NCBI GenBank assembly: GCA_038087875.1
Contig: CM075988.1
Location: 3,596,001 to 3,660,000 of the forward strand
Reading direction: 5' to 3'
Length of the DNA stretch: 64,000 nucleotides
Origin: Malacoraja senta
Lineage: Eukaryota
Shown: piece after piece, positions 21,771 to 36,644 of the stretch
Layout: each line of letters opens with the position of its first letter
How positions within the stretch are numbered: the stretch's first letter is position 1
Program-made: the position numbers and the translations under genes
The notes under the pieces: model-generated
What the model was told of the DNA's origin: nothing
The model's input: the letters and a program-made list of their open reading frames with translations, nothing else
Databases searched by the model: none

Positions 21771-23029
21771 GCCTAATTTAGAGGGATATAGGCCAAATGT
21801 GGGCAAATGGGACCAGTTTAGATGAGGCATCTTGGTTAGCATGGACCAGTTGAGCCAAAGGACCTGTTGCTGTTCTGTATGACTATGAGTCCAAGGGGAA
21901 AGATTGATACTTGTGGTTTAAGTTAGCTTCAGCCAGGAAGTGTTTAAAATAAATGCAGAAAATGTTGGAATTACTCAGCGGGTTAGGCAGCATATGTGGA
22001 GAGATCAGGAGAGGTAACGTTTGAGAACTTGGAAATATTGGGAGTGGAAAAACCTTGTTGGGAACGTTGAGAAAGGGGAGGGGATGGCAAATAGAAGGAA
22101 TGGGTTTTGCTAGGGAGGAGAGCAGGAGAGATCGCCTTCCTTCAGAGGTACATCCACCATAGCGTCATAGTCACAGTGTGGAAACGGGCTCTTCGGCCCA
22201 ACTTGCCCACACCGGCCAACACGTCCCAGCTACACTAGTCACCCCTGCCTACGCTTGGTCCAAATCTCTCCAAATCTGTCCTATCCATGTCCCTGTCTAA
22301 CTGTTTCTTAAACGTTGGGATAGTCCCAGCCTCAACTACCTCCTCTGGCAGCTCGTTCCATACACCCACCGCCCTTTGTGTGAAAAAGTTACCCCTCAGA
22401 TTCCTATTAAATGTTTTCCCATTCACTTTAAATCTATGTCCTCTGGGCAAGAGACTGTGCATCTTCCCGATCTTTTCCTCCCATGATTTTATACACCTTG
22501 AGAAGATCTTTCTTTCGTACTTAGTGTAAGCAGAAGTTTGTTTATCACATCGATAAATATAATATTGACTAATTTAATACTAACAGATAAACTAATCAGT
22601 TAGAAACAAATTAGAAACGTATGCTAATTGAATACTTGGAATGGGTTGTGATATGGATGGCAGGGCAGATGAAGTGTTGCATTGTGGGTAGAAATGAACT
22701 GCAGTTGCTGGTTTAAACCGAAGATGGACGCAAAAAGCTGGAGTAACTCAGCGGGACAGGCAGCAACTCTGGATCGGAGGAATGGGTGACGTTTCTGGTT
22801 GACACCCTTCTTCAGACTGGCTGGGGGTAAGGGAAATGAAAGATATCGACATCCTATCGAGATCTTTAGAGTTTGAAGGTCAATTGTGATGTGTGATATT
22901 TGAACAGAGGGTTAGCCTCTGATGGGGGCAGTAAAAGAGAGGCTGTAGAGTGGGCGTGAAGCGATAACTGAAGGAATTCCTCATATAAAATGTCTGAGAC
23001 TTCTGAATATGGGAGAGCAGAGCTTGAAC

Positions 23030-23437
23030 TGCGTAGGAAGGAAGTGCAGATGCTCACAACGAACATAGACACAAAATGCTGGAGGAACTCAGCGGGACAG
23101 GCAGCATCTCTGGATCGAAGGAACGGGTGACGTTTCGGGTCGAGGCCCTTCTTCAGACTGAGAGTCAGGGGAGAGGGAGACCCAGAGATAAGGAAGTGTA
23201 AGGTGTGAAAATGAGACATCAAAGGGGACGAAGGTAAAGGAAAATGTAGACTAGATAATTGTTAGCTAGGAGAAGCTGACAATGAAGCATACAGAGATAA
23301 CATATAATCAGGGGGACAGTGAGACTGGTTGGATGGGGGAGGGATGGAGAGCAAGGGAAAGCAAGGGCTACTTGAAGTTAGATAATTCAATGTTCATACT
23401 GCTGGGGTGTAAGCTGCCCAAGCGAAATATGAGGTGC
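23030..23437 (-). mobile_element. Penelope-like terminal fragment (similar pieces at ~40115-40570 and ~41185-41585, + strand)
   Basis: End of the GIY-YIG ORF (HLIFRLGSLHPSSMNIELSNFK*) and a terminal repeat with a hammerhead motif. Confidence 0.8.
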
Positions 23438-24329
23438 AATAACAAACTACTGTCATACTAGGACATTTGAAATGTGGTCGGTGGCAGAGAGGGAAGACTG
23501 GATTGGTTGAGGACAGCGCTGGGAGTGGGCATCAAAAGGTGAAGGCTTTGCTGAATGGATGCATGTCTGCTCCAGGTTTGCTTCCAATGGGCAGTAGGGT
23601 GCTGCAACCAAAGTGATACTGGGTTTTGGAGTTGAATAGGGCAGTGAAATCCCTGGAGAAAGGAAGAGTGACCCCTCATTTGTAATAAGGCATAATGTGA
23701 CTCTTTGACTCTTTGAAGTTTGAAATGAAATGAAAAAAGAGTCAAGGGGAATGAAAAAGATGGGTTCCTTGTGTAGTCTGATTTAGAGATACAGTGTGGA
23801 AACAGGCCCTTCGACCCACCAAGTCCATGCCGACCAGCGATCACCCATTCACACTAGTTCTATCCCACACACTAGGGACAATTTACAGAAGTCAATTAAC
23901 TTACAAACCTGCACAACTTTGGAATGTGGGAGGAAACTGGAGCACCCAGAGGAAACCCACATGGTCACAGGTAGTACAAACTCCATACAAACAGCACCCG
24001 AGGTCAGGATCAAACCCAGTCTCTGGTGTTGGAAGGCAGCAACTCTACCGCTGTGCCACCGTGCTGCCCCAGCTGCGCCATGTTTCAGAGGTGGCTTCTG
24101 GAGTAGTAAGAGCTAATTTAATAGCTCCTTTATGGCAGATAGCAGTGGAGCCACAATGGACAGCGCCATAGAAGTCGATGATGGAATGGAGACAGTGAAG
24201 AACAACAGTAGGATCAATAGTGCTGAAGAAGTTAAACACACAATTACACTGGAACTGCTCAGGCATTTTGGCAAGGAGGATGGACATTTGCTTGCCAAGG
24301 ATGATTTGGACCAGACAGATGGAACATTA

Positions 24330-24815
24330 GACATTTTACTAGAATGTTGCCTGGGTTTCAGCACCTAAGTTACAGAGAAAGGTTGAACAAGATAGGTCTT
24401 TATTCTTTGGAGCACAGAAGGTTAAGGGGGGACTTAATAGAGGTCTTTAAAATTATGAGAGGGATAGACAGAGTTGATGTGGATAAGCTTTTTCCATTGA
24501 GAGTAGGGAAGATTCAAACAAGAGGACATGATTTGAGATTTAAGGAACAAAAGTTTAGGGGCAACATGAGGGGGCAACTTCTTTACTCAGAGAGTGGTAG
24601 CTGTGTGGAATGAGCTTCCAGTGGAAGTGGTGAAGGCAGGTTCGTTTTTATCATTTAAAAATAAATTGGAAAGGTATATGGACGGGAAAGGAATGGAGGG
24701 TTATGGTCTGAGTGCAGGTAGATGGGACTAGGTGAGAGTAAGTGTTCGGTATGGACTAGAAGGGCCGAGATGGCCTGTTTCCGTGCTGTAATTGTTATAT
24801 GGTTATATATGGTTA
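24330..24815 (+). mobile_element. CR1 LINE 3' fragment
   Basis: LSYRERLNKIGLYSLEHRRLRGDLIEVFKI; (tatggtta)n tail. Confidence 0.85.
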
Positions 24816-25064
24816 TTTACAGTGGTGGTGAGTGAATAATTTCATAGAAAGACAACATTCATGCTCTGCGGAGAAAAGGTGAGCTGAAGATAGATTGTTA
24901 TAGGACCCAAACTGGAATAATATCGATGAGTATCCAATCTACCTAATTGGTGACCCGGACTATCATGGATCGCAATTTACTGCCTTCACCTTGCACTGAA
25001 TATTACTCCCTTATCATGTGTCTATACACTGTAGATGGCTTGAATGAAATCATGTATAGTCTTA

Positions 25065-26009
25065 CATAGATAGATACATAGAAAATAGGTGCAGGAGTAG
25101 GCCATCCGGCACTGCCATTCAATGTGGTCATGGCTGATCATCCCCAATCAGTACCCCGTTCATGCCACCTCCCCATATCCTTTGATTCCGCTAGCCGAAG
25201 AGCTCTATCTAACTCTCTTTTGAATGCATCGTGAATCAGCCTCCATTGCCTTCTGAGGCAGTGAATTCCATAAATTCACAACTCTGATGAAAACGTTTTT
25301 CCTCATCTCAGTTCTAAATGGCCTACCCCTTATTCTTAAACTGTGGCCCCTGGTTCTGGATACCCCCAATATCGGGAACATGTTTCCTGCATCTAGCGTG
25401 TCCAATCCCTTAATAATTTTATATGTTTCTACAAGATTCCCTCTCATCCTTCTAGATTCCAGTGAATACAAGCCCAGTCGTTCCAGGAATTAACCTCATG
25501 AACCTAAGCTGCACTCCCTCAATAGCAAGAATGTCCTTCCTCAAATTAGGAGACCAAAACTGCACACAATACTCCAGGTGTGGTCTCATCAGGGCCTTGT
25601 ACAACTGCAGAAGGATCTCTTTGCTTCTGTACTCAAATCCTCTCGTTATGAAGGCCAACCTGCCATTAGCTCTCTTCACTGCCTGTTGTACCTGTATGCT
25701 TACTTTCAGTGACTGATGTACAAGGACACCCAAGTCTCGTTGTACTTCCCCTTTTCCTAATCTGGCACCATTCAGATAATAATCTGCCTATTTGTTCTTG
25801 CCACCAAAGTGGATATCCTCACATTTATCCGCATTATACTGCATCTGTCATGCATCGGCCCACTCACCCGACCTATCCAAGTCACCCTGCAGCCTCATAG
25901 CATCCTCTTCACAGTTCACACTGCTACCCAGCTTTGTGTCATCTGCAAATTTGCTAATGTTACTTTTAATTCCTTGATCTAAATCATTAATGTATATTGT
26001 AAATAGCTG
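25065..26009 (-). mobile_element. CR1/HER1 LINE 3' fragment
   Basis: FTIYINDLD...KFADDTKLG and RPHLEYCVQFWSP, followed by the 3' UTR. Confidence 0.9.
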
Positions 26010-27123
26010 CAGAGAGGGAGGGGGAGCTGGGTAGATAGGGAGAGAGGTAGAGAGGGAGGGGAATAGAGAGAGAGGGAGGGGGTAGAGAGGGTGGGAGTGG
26101 GGGTAGATAGGGAGGGTGCATTTCCCTCCTCCACCCCTCCCCATCTCCCTCCTCCACACCCCACCCTCCATCTCCCTCTACCACCCCACTCTTCATTTCC
26201 CCCATCCTCCTCCCCTCACTCCCATTCCCTGCCCCAGGACCTACCCAGGTCGTAGACCAACGCCAGGGCCTGGAACTCGGCCTGGTTCTCGTACTCGACC
26301 CGGCCCTGGTTGTAGACTCCAGTCATCAGCTTGGCCACCGCCTGGGCTCCAGTGCAGGCCCCGACTGCATCTCTGTGCTCGTCCCTGACCCTGTATCCAG
26401 GCTCGTCCTTGGTTCCAGTGGCTGCTTCTTTCTCGGCCCTGGTCAAGGCCCCATCCCAAGCCCCGGGCTCGCCCCTCACTCCAGCTCCAGCACCAGCACC
26501 AGGCTCGTTTCCAGCCAGGTCCCGCGGCAGCGCCCTCCCCAGCAAGAACAGGCATTGGGCACCACTCCTCATTCACCGCGAGCACTGGAGTGCCCCTCCC
26601 TCCCAGGGTGTCCCGTCCTGCCTTGCTAGTGCATCATGACGTCACTCGGGTTTGTTTTTCCGAAATGGGTGAGTTTTTGGGGCTATTTTTGAATTTTCAA
26701 GGATTAATAACTTTGGAAATATAGATGGGAATGCGACGGGAAGATGTTTGTCGCCACAACGGGGAAAATGTGAGTAGGATGTGTGAAAATGGGAAGGCTG
26801 TGGCCTAGCTTTTGGAAGAAGATAGGAAAAGCGAGTGACACATTGTGGGCGGCACAAACAAGACAAAGACTTTTAGTTATATAGAGATGTTGGTTATAGT
26901 GGATGGACCTACTGATCTTCACCGACGCCATCCTTGGCCGTTTCCAGACCAGACCTTATGCCGCCACTGCCGACACACACAGCCTCCTCGGCCCATTCCA
27001 GGCCACGCACACCACCACCACCGATACTTACCTGCACTAAGGCCGGTCGCGGGTTGCGATCATTGACTCCGCCGATCCTCACCATAACTCACCTGGATTC
27101 TAGGCCCAGTTCCAGACCAAGAT

Positions 27124-28100
27124 TCTGAAGAAAGGTCTCGATCCGAAACATCACCTATCCGTGTTCTCCAGAGATGCTGCCTGACCTGCTGACTTACTCC
27201 AGCACTCTGTGTCCTTTTGTTTAAACCAGCATCTGCAGCTCTTTGTTTCTATATGTACAATGACACTCAATGTTTATGTGTCTCCTCTATATCCCGCAGC
27301 ACCGCTCTCACTCCCCATCCCCCTACTCGTAACAAGGACAGAGTCCTCCTTGTCCTCACCTTCCACCCTATCAGCCGTCGCATACAACATATAATCCTCC
27401 GACATTTTTGCCACCTCCAATGGGATCCCACCACTGGCCACGTCTTCCCATCTCCTCCCCTGTCTGCTTTCCGCAGAGACCGTTCCCTCCGTAACTCCCT
27501 GGTCAATTTGTCCCTCCCCACCCAAACTGCTCCCTCCCCTGGTACTTTCCCTAGCAACCGCAGGAAATGCTACACTTGTCGTTTTACCTCCCCCCTCGAC
27601 TCCATCCAAGAACCCAAACAGCCTTTCCAGGTGAGGCAGAGGTTTACCTGCACCTCCTCCAACCTCATCTATTGCATCCACAGTTCCAGATGCCAACTGC
27701 TCTACATTGGTGAGACCAAGCGTAGGCTTGGCGATCGCTTCGCCCAACACCTCAGCACAGTTCGCAATAACCAATCTGATCTCCCGGCGGCCCAGCACTT
27801 CAACTCCCCCTCCCTTTCCAAATATGACCTTTCTGTTCTGGGCCTCCTACATTGCCAGAGTGAGGCCCAGCGCAAATTGGAGGAGCAGCACCTCATATTT
27901 TGCTTGGGTAGTTTACACCCCAGCAGTATGAACATTGACATCTCCAATTTCAGGTAGTCCTTGCTTTCTCCCTCTTTCCCCTCCCCTTCACCGCTCTCCC
28001 ACAGCCCACTGTCTCCGCCTCTTCCTTTTTTTTTCCCGCTCCCCCCCCGACATCAGACTGAAGATGGGTCTCGACCCGAAACGTTGCCTGTTCCTTCCCT
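27124..28100 (+). mobile_element. Penelope-like fragment: terminal repeat, GIY-YIG region, terminal repeat
   Basis: NLIYCIHSSRCQLLYIGETKRRLGDRF; hammerhead motifs at ~27125 and ~28058. Confidence 0.88.
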
Positions 28101-28283
28101 CAATGTCTATGTAATCCCTTAATTGGTTATAGCAGACAATCGGCAATAACAGATACCATCACCCCCCTACTATGGCCTGTTATAACGAGGGTTTACTGTA
28201 GATCAAAAGATGGATGGGACATTAAATGGAGCATCGACACTGGGCTGACTGGCCCGGTGAGATTGACGGCTAATTGCTTGCTA

Positions 28284-28526
<243 letters not shown>

Positions 28527-29179
28527 TTATCAACTGCATTCCACCAACATCAGCCACCCCACCATGTGTCAGTTGTGGTCGTAATGGATGTCCTATCTTC
28601 CAAAATTGGGCGGCACGGTGGCACAACGGTAGAGTTGTTGCCTTACAGCACCGGAACCCGGGTTCGATCCTGACTACGGGTGCTTGTCTGCACGGAGCTT
28701 GTACGTGCGCCCCGTGACCACGTGGGTTTTCTCTGTGTGCTCTGGTTTTCTCCCCCACTCCAAAGACGTACAGGTTTGCAGGTTTATTAGCTTGGTATAA
28801 TTGTCATTTGTCCCAAGTGTGTGTAGGATATTGTTAGTGTGCAGAATCGCTGGACGGCACAGACTCGGTGGGTCGAAGGGCCTGTTTCCATGCTGGATGT
28901 TGAAACTAAACTGACCTAAAATATAGAATTAAGAAAACAAGCTGTCATCTGAGTGGAAGTAACCAACTCTGTCAACATTGGGTTGAGATTCTTCCTGGGA
29001 AAGAATAGGAGGCCACAATGGGAGATGAGATCCCATCTTCTGCGGGTAAGATTCCTCCTGTGGTATTGTGGCAAATGGTCAGATCGTTCCCTGGCCTCAG
29101 AAACGTGTTGTGAATGGCCTCCGTTGGCTAACTGACCACCAGCTAGCTGTCAGATTCTTTGGCAGCTTGTTTTATCGGG

Positions 29180-29720
29180 ATGCACCACAGCATTGTTTGG
29201 GAACAGCTCCATTGAAGACCTACACTGATATTATAGAAAATTGCGGACACAGCCCAGACCATTATATAGACCAACCTCTCTTCCATTGACTCAATTTACC
29301 CCTCACCCTGCCTTGGCAAGGCCAGCAGCATAATCAAGGATGAGTCACACCCTGGCCGCTCCCTCTTCTCCCCTCACCCATCAGGCATAAGGTACACAAG
29401 TGTGAATATGCATACCTCCAGATTCAGGGACTGTTTCTTCCCAGCTGTTACCAGGCAACTGAATCATCCTACCTACAACTAGAGGGCAGTGCTGAACTAA
29501 TATATACCTCTTTGGAGACCCTCACACTATCTTTGATTGGACTTTACTAGCTTGATCTGGACTAAATGTTATTCAAGTTATTCTCTTTATCATGTATCTG
29601 TTCACTGTGGATGGCTCGATTGTAGCCATGTGTTGTCTTCCTGCTGACCGCTCAGCACGCAACAAAAGCTTGTCACTGTACCTCGGTACATGTAACAATA
29701 AACTAAACTCAAACTTAAAC
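29180..29720 (+). mobile_element. Rex1/Babar-type LINE 3' fragment (others ~17330-17526 plus 18258-18450, 35905-36316, and 62440-62920 on -)
   Basis: Decayed HPG.SLF..LPSGRRYRS..RT.R...SF.P motif, clearest at 35912-36106; tail tttc..tgtac...tgacaataaa plus microsatellite. Confidence 0.75.
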
Positions 29721-31867
29721 CTCCTTAAAGAACAATTGGCTCCTGTGTCTCCCAAGATCAAAGGTAAAACCTCAATCTTTCTCATTCATTCCCAATCCAT
29801 TGTTATCCACAAAACCCAGTGGACCTTCCACTGTGCGCACCCCATGCACTATTCCACCCTTGGCCATGTAGACATTCCATGCCATGGCCTTCCTTAGCTC
29901 CAGGTCATCGTGCAGAGTCTTTTACCCCGAGTTGGTACCAGAGGACATAGGTTTAAGGTGAGAGGAAAACATTTAATATGGACATGAGGGGCAACTTTTT
30001 TACACATAGGATGGTAGGTATATGGGACAAGGTAGTTGAGGCAGGTCCTATCACAATGTTTAAAAAACATTTGGACAGGTACATGGATAGGATAGGTATA
30101 GAGGGATATGGCCTGTTTCCACACTATATAGCGAAGTGACTGTGATTCCCTCTATGGGTGTTGAGGGTCGTGCCTCCAGCTGCAGTAAACCTCCTCATTC
30201 TCAATGTTTAAGAAGGAACTGCAGAAGCTGGAATGTCTACCTCTTCATTCTCAATATGTCCCGAACACCCGCCTTCTCCTACCCCATCACTGGCGTGGCT
30301 CAGTGTAACTTAACTCTACTGTGCAACTTCAATGGCCCGGGATGTGAAAAGGGCTGTATAAATGCAGGGTATTATTGGCATGAAGGGTCGGGGATTAGCT
30401 TCAGGGAGAGGTTGGTCAAACTTGGATTGCTCCCCATGGAACACCAAAGGTTGAGGGGAGACCCGATGGGCGTTTATAAAATGACCAGAGGCATCGATAA
30501 GGTAGACAGTCAGAACCTTTTTCCTATATCAAATACTAGAGAGCACAGCTTAAAGATGAAAGGGGATGTCCAGAGCAACTGTTTGACATAGTGAGTGGCG
30601 GGTTGCTGGAACCTGCTGCTGGAGGTGGTGGTGATGGAGGCAGAAACAATTGCGACATTTAAGAAATAGGCAGGAAATGGAGGGATAAGGATTATGTGCA
30701 TCCAGATAAGAGTTGTCCTTGGTATATTCTTAGGCGTAGGCACTGCGTGGTAAAGGGCCTGGCCCTGTGTTGTGTTGTTCAATGTGCAATGCAAGAACAA
30801 CCTCCAATGAACTGGGCCAGGAAGGATGGCACTGTGCCAAGACGGTGTGATGTCAGAGCACCTGGACGCTAGAGCAGTGGCCAAAGTAATGCCAGATTGT
30901 TGAAAGATGCCAATTCACGGCACAGAATGACAGAGCACCACCCACCCACCGCATTGCCAGGGCACCACGAGATGCCAGAACACCAGCAGATGTTATAGTC
31001 CTGGAGTCTAACAGCGTGGAAACAGGCCCTTCAGCCCAACTTACCCACACCGGCCAACATGTCCCAGCTACACTAGTGCCACCTGCCTGCATTTGGTCCA
31101 TATCCCTCCAAACCTGTCCTATCCATGTACCTGTCTAACTGTTTCTTAAACGTTGCGATAGTCCCTGCCTCAACTATCTCCTCCAGCAGCTTGTTCCATA
31201 CACCCACCACCCTTTGTGTGACAAAGTTACCCCTCAGATTCCTATTAAATCTTTTCCCCTTCACCTTAAACCTATGTCCTCTGGTCCTCGATTCACCTAC
31301 TTTGGGCAAGGGACTCTGTGCATCTACCCGATCTATTGAAAAAGTTACCCCTCAGGTTCCTATTAAATCTCTCCCACCCTTCAACCTAAGCCTATGACCT
31401 CTGGTTCTCAAGTACCCTACTCTGGGCAAGAGACACTATGCCATCACCCGATCTATTCTGCTCATGATTTTGTAAACTTCTATCAGATCAATAGGATAAT
31501 CGAGAGAAATTGGTTTGAATGTGTGTGGGGGGGAAGTGATTTACACAACCTCTCTTCATTGTGCCCCACCTGGATGCATGCACATTCTCCCTACCCTTCC
31601 CCTTGTGCCCTTCCACCTATATCCCTTCCTCTGGCTTCACATTTCATAACCCTTCTCTGCTTATTTCCTTATGTCACACTTTTTATCTTTTCTTCTCTGG
31701 CCTTTGTCCATTCATTTGCCAATCCCCCCCCACCCCTCCTCAGATGTATCCACCTATCACTTGCCCCACCCTCACCTCTCTTCCAGCTCTCTAAACCCCT
31801 CCCATTACAATCAACCACGAGAAGGATCCTGACCCGACATGTCACCTATACATGGTCTCCAGAAGCT

Positions 31868-33673
31868 GCCCTGCCTGAACGAGCCTCCAACCTCATCGTT
31901 CCCCAGCCCCGCACAGCCCGATTTTACCTTCTCCCCAATATCCACAAACCTGACTGTCCCGGTAGACCCATTGTCTCTGCCTGTTCTTGCCCCACCGAAC
32001 TCATCTCCACCTACCTTGACTCCATCCTATCCCCCTTGGTTAAATCCCTCCCTACCTATGTTCAAGACACCTCAGACACTCTCTGTCGTCTCCGCGCATT
32101 CCACTCTCTAGGCCCTCACCCCCTCATCTTCACCATGGACGTCCAGTCACTCTACACCTCCATCCCCCACCAGGATGGTCTCAAAGCCCTCTGGTTCTTC
32201 CTCGACCAGAGAAGCAACCTATACTCGGTCAATGATACCCTCCTCCGCCTAGCGGAGTTGGTCCTCACCCTCAATAACTTCTCTTTTGACTCCTCCCATT
32301 TCCTCCAAATACAAGGAGTAGCTATGGGCACACGCATGGGCCCCAGCTACGCCTGCCTCTTCGTCTGGTACGTCGAATAATCCTTGTTCAATACGTACCA
32401 GGGCCCCATCCCCGACCTCTACCTCCGCTACATCGATGATTGTTTTGGTGCCACATCCTGCACCCACACACAACTGACTGACTTCATCCACTTCACCACC
32501 AACTTCCATCCGGCACTCAAATACACCTGGACCATTTCCAACACTTCCCTACCATTCCTTGACCTCACTAACTCCATCGCAGGTGATAGACTTCTGACCG
32601 ACATTCACTATAAACCTACTGACTCCCATGGCTATCTGGACTACACTTCTTCCCACCCTGCTTCCTGTAAGGACTCCATCCCCTACTCCCAATTCCTCCG
32701 TCTACGCCGCATCTGCTCCTAGAATGAGGCGTTACACACCAGGGCATCTGAAATGTCCTCATTCTTCAGGGAACGGGGATTCCCCTCCTCCACCATAGAT
32801 GAGGCTCGCACCAGGGTCTCTTCCATACCCCGCAACACTGCTCTCTCTCCTTATCCCCCCCACTCGCAACAAGGGCAGAGTCCCCCTAGTCCTCACCTTT
32901 CACCCCACCAGCCGTCACATACAACAAGTAATCCTCCGTCAGTTTCGCCACCTCCAACGTGACCCCACCACTCGCCACATCTTCCCATCTCCCCCCATGT
33001 CTGCCTTCCGCAAAGACCGCTCCCTCCGTAACTCCCTTGTCAATTCTTCCCTTCCCTCCCGTACTACCCCCTCCCCGGGCTCTTTCCCTTGCAACCGCAA
33101 GAGATGCTACACTTGTCCCTTTACTTCCCCCCTCGACTCCATTCAAGGACCCAAGCAGTCGTTCCAGGTGCGACAGAGGTTCACCTGCATCTCCTCCAAC
33201 CTCATCTATTGCATCCGCTGCTCTAGATGTCAGCTGATCTACATCGGTGAGACCAAGCGGAGGCTTGGCGATCGTTTCGCCGAACACCTCCGGTCGGTCC
33301 GCAATAACCAACCTGACCTCCCGGTGGCTCAGCACTTCAACTCCCCCTCCCATTCCGTATCCGACCTCTCTGTCCTGGGTCTCCTCCATGGCCAGAGCTA
33401 GCAACACCGGAAATTGGAGGAACAGCACCTCAGCACCTTGGGGAGTCTGCATCCTGGGGGCATGAACATTGAATTCGCCCTATTTTGTTAGCCCCTGCTG
33501 TCTCCTCCCCTTCCTATCTCTCCCTCAGCCCTCGGGCTCCTCCTCCTTTTTCCTTTCTTCTCCCCGCCCCACCCCCCCACCCCCCCCCCCCCCTATCACT
33601 CTGAAGAAGGATTTCGGCCCGAAACGTTGCCTATTTCCTTCGCTCCATAGTTTCTCCAGCATTTTTGTGTACC
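31868..33673 (+). mobile_element. Penelope-like element fragment, same family as 54778-57458
   Basis: RT C-terminal half (GVAMG, RYIDD) and GIY-YIG with several stops; hammerhead motif at 33601. Confidence 0.92.
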
Positions 33674-36644
33674 TCCTCTGGCAGCTTGTTCCATACACCA
33701 ACCACACTTTGTGTGAAAAAGTTACCCCTCAGATTGATGTTAAATCATTTCTCCTTCAACCCAGATGATGCCTGACCCGTTGAGTTCCTCCAGCATTTAG
33801 TGTCGTTTCCGGGCATTTTGTTTCACCAGTCATTTCCAAATCGTGAACAAATTGAGGATTCTTGAGGGTTAACTGCAGATGTTATGGAGAACACTTTGCT
33901 AAACACTGTGCGAAGACATTGCACTATGAGTCCTGATTTCGATTTTCACGGGACTTCCCTCTGCTGTAGTTAACCGAATTGAACTGTGAACAGTCACACA
34001 TTGTACCGTCATTAGGCAGTACGGAGCAGCGATCTTCCCCAGTCTCGCCCCTGAGCTAATCAGTGCAAGTCTGAGACCAGAGCGGTGAAACTGAACATTG
34101 CTGCGATTTGTGAGCTACATCATGCACTTTTATTTCTGAAATGATTCACTTTTATTTCTACTGATCCATTGGGGGGCTTCTCGCTGCAATAAAAAAGCCA
34201 TTAGCTGGGGAAGAAATTAAGACTTGAACATCTGTACAGCTGTCAATTGCTGGTAGATGTTCTACAAGTCTAATTACACACTGTATGGGCTGCACCAGAT
34301 GTTCCTCACTGCAGGTTCTCCACTCACATGCAAGAATTACATTTCTTTTTATTTCTATGCTTTTCAAAAAGAAATTTCCAAGGTTTATTTAATTTTCTCT
34401 GCATTGCTGCTAGAGGCTGTTGTTTACGTTTTTGGTTTAATTTAGAGATACAGCATGGAAATTGGCCCTTCGGCCCACTGAGTCCATGCCGACCATCAAC
34501 CACCTGTTCACACTAGTCATAGAGTAATAGTCTTACAGCATGGAAACAGGCCCTTTGGCCCAACTCGCCCACACCAGCAATATGTCCCATCCACACTAGC
34601 CCAATTGCCCACATTTGGCCCAAATCCTCCTAAACCTGCCCAATCCGCACACTAAATCAGTCCTATCCGTATAGTTCTATGTCCTATTTTATCCCACTTG
34701 CTCATCCACTCCCTACACACATGCGGCTATTTACTGGGGCTAATTGGCCTACAAACACCCATGTCTTTCTGATTTGGAAGGAAACCAGAGTATCTGGAGG
34801 AAACCCACGTGGTCACGGGGAGACCATGCAAACTTTGTCCAGACTGCACCCGTAGTCAGGATTTAACCCGGGTCTCTAGCGCAGTAAGGCCACAACTCTT
34901 CCGCTGTAGCACTATGAGATACGGCATGGAAACAGAACCTTTGGCCCACGAAGTCCACCCCAACCATCGATCACCCGTTCCCACCAGTTCTATGTTATCC
35001 CACTCTCCCAAGCACCACACACTTGGGGCAATTTATAGATGCCGATCTACCTCCAAACCCGCACATCTTTGGGATGTGGGAGGAAGCCAGATCATCCGAA
35101 AGAAAAGATAGCTCTCAGCAACCAATGCCTACTAGTGACAATCCCACGACTCTCTCCAGCATCACAGACCATGCCTCAGCTGTCAGAACATGGCCTCTGA
35201 AATTTCCTCCCGTACCTCTCCCCCTCTCCTTTCCAAATTTCTCCTGTTCATTATGATGCACAAGGCCATTTGGCCCACTGATGGCAGTTTTTGAGGGTTG
35301 TGGTTGAGGGTGGGGAACTTCAGATTGTCTTGGCAACTGAGGTGCTCAACAATAACAATCTTCATTTTCCATAGAATCTTTCACATAAAATCTTTCCCCC
35401 CTCACCTTAAACCTACATCCTCTGACCCGGGTTTGCAAGTTCTCCCTGTGACCAGGTGGGTTTCCACCAGATGCTCTGGTTTCCTCCTAAATCCAAAAGA
35501 TGTGGGGCCTGTAGGTCACTAGGCCTCTATAAATTGCCCCGTCTGTTGGGTGTGGATGAGAAAGTGGGACAACATAGAACATGGAACTACATGGATAGTG
35601 GCCCCAGTAGTTCAGCTCTCACATCTCCAGACACCCTGGGTTCAATCCTGACCTCCGGTGCTGTATGTGCGGAGTTTGCATGCTCTCCCTGTGACCACGT
35701 GGGTTTATTTTGGGTGCTCTGGTTTCCTTCCACATCCCAAAGAAGTGCTGGTTACTAGGTTACCTGGTCTCTGAAAATTGCTCATCGACTAGTAGGAGAT
35801 ACAACAGGAACAGCATTATATATTTCTCTTGGCAGCTTACAGCCCCGTGGTATGAATATTGATTTATCTAACTTCTCCTCTATTTATCTATTTATCTAAC
35901 CTCTCCTCACCTTGGAGGACCTACACAGTACCCACTGTCTCAAAAAATCCCAGAAGATCATAAAGGACATTTTCCACCCCGGTCACTCCCTGTTTGTACT
36001 GCTGCCGTCAGGCAGACGGTACAGATCAATGAGGACAAGGACAAACAGACTCAAAAACAGTTTTTATCCCACAGCAATAACTACACTTAATGTAGCCACC
36101 AAATGAGTACAGGTGTGCTACACACCAAAGGGACTGGGAAATCGACAGAAGAATGTTTTTATTTCATGTTATTTATTTTAGTTGTTTATTTTAGACTTTT
36201 GCTTTTAGAAAATGTGTGAATAGTGCACTGACTGGTTGGCATTTGTAATTTCGTTGTACATGTTTACATGTTATAATGACAATAAAGTATTCATTCATTC
36301 ATTCATTCATTCATTCAAGTAACCCCAGCATTCCCTCCCTCTCTCCCTCTCTCTCTATCCCTTCCCCACCCAAGTCGCACCAGCTTCTCATTTTCACCCA
36401 ACAGCTAACAGACTGAAGAAGGGTCTCGACACGAAACGTCACCCATTCCTTCTCTCGAGAGATGCTGCCTGTCCCGCTGAATTACTCCAGCTTCTTGTGT
36501 CTATCTTCGGTGTAACCCAGTATCTGCAGATCCTTCCTATACATGAATGTTCAGACGTCTCCCTTTACTAATACTGTAGTTTAACTATTGTGCTACTGGG
36601 TCCCTGACAAACTGAGGCTTTGAGAATGGGTGTGTTTGGATAAA

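Noticed and set aside
26216..26639. Overlapping 84-118-aa GC-rich ORFs
   Set aside because: Low-complexity GC-rich sequence that is open in several frames, with no splice or homology support.
28607..28680. tRNA-like sequences with A and B boxes
   Set aside because: They are SINE heads continuing into the V-domain and CR1-like tail, not tRNA genes.
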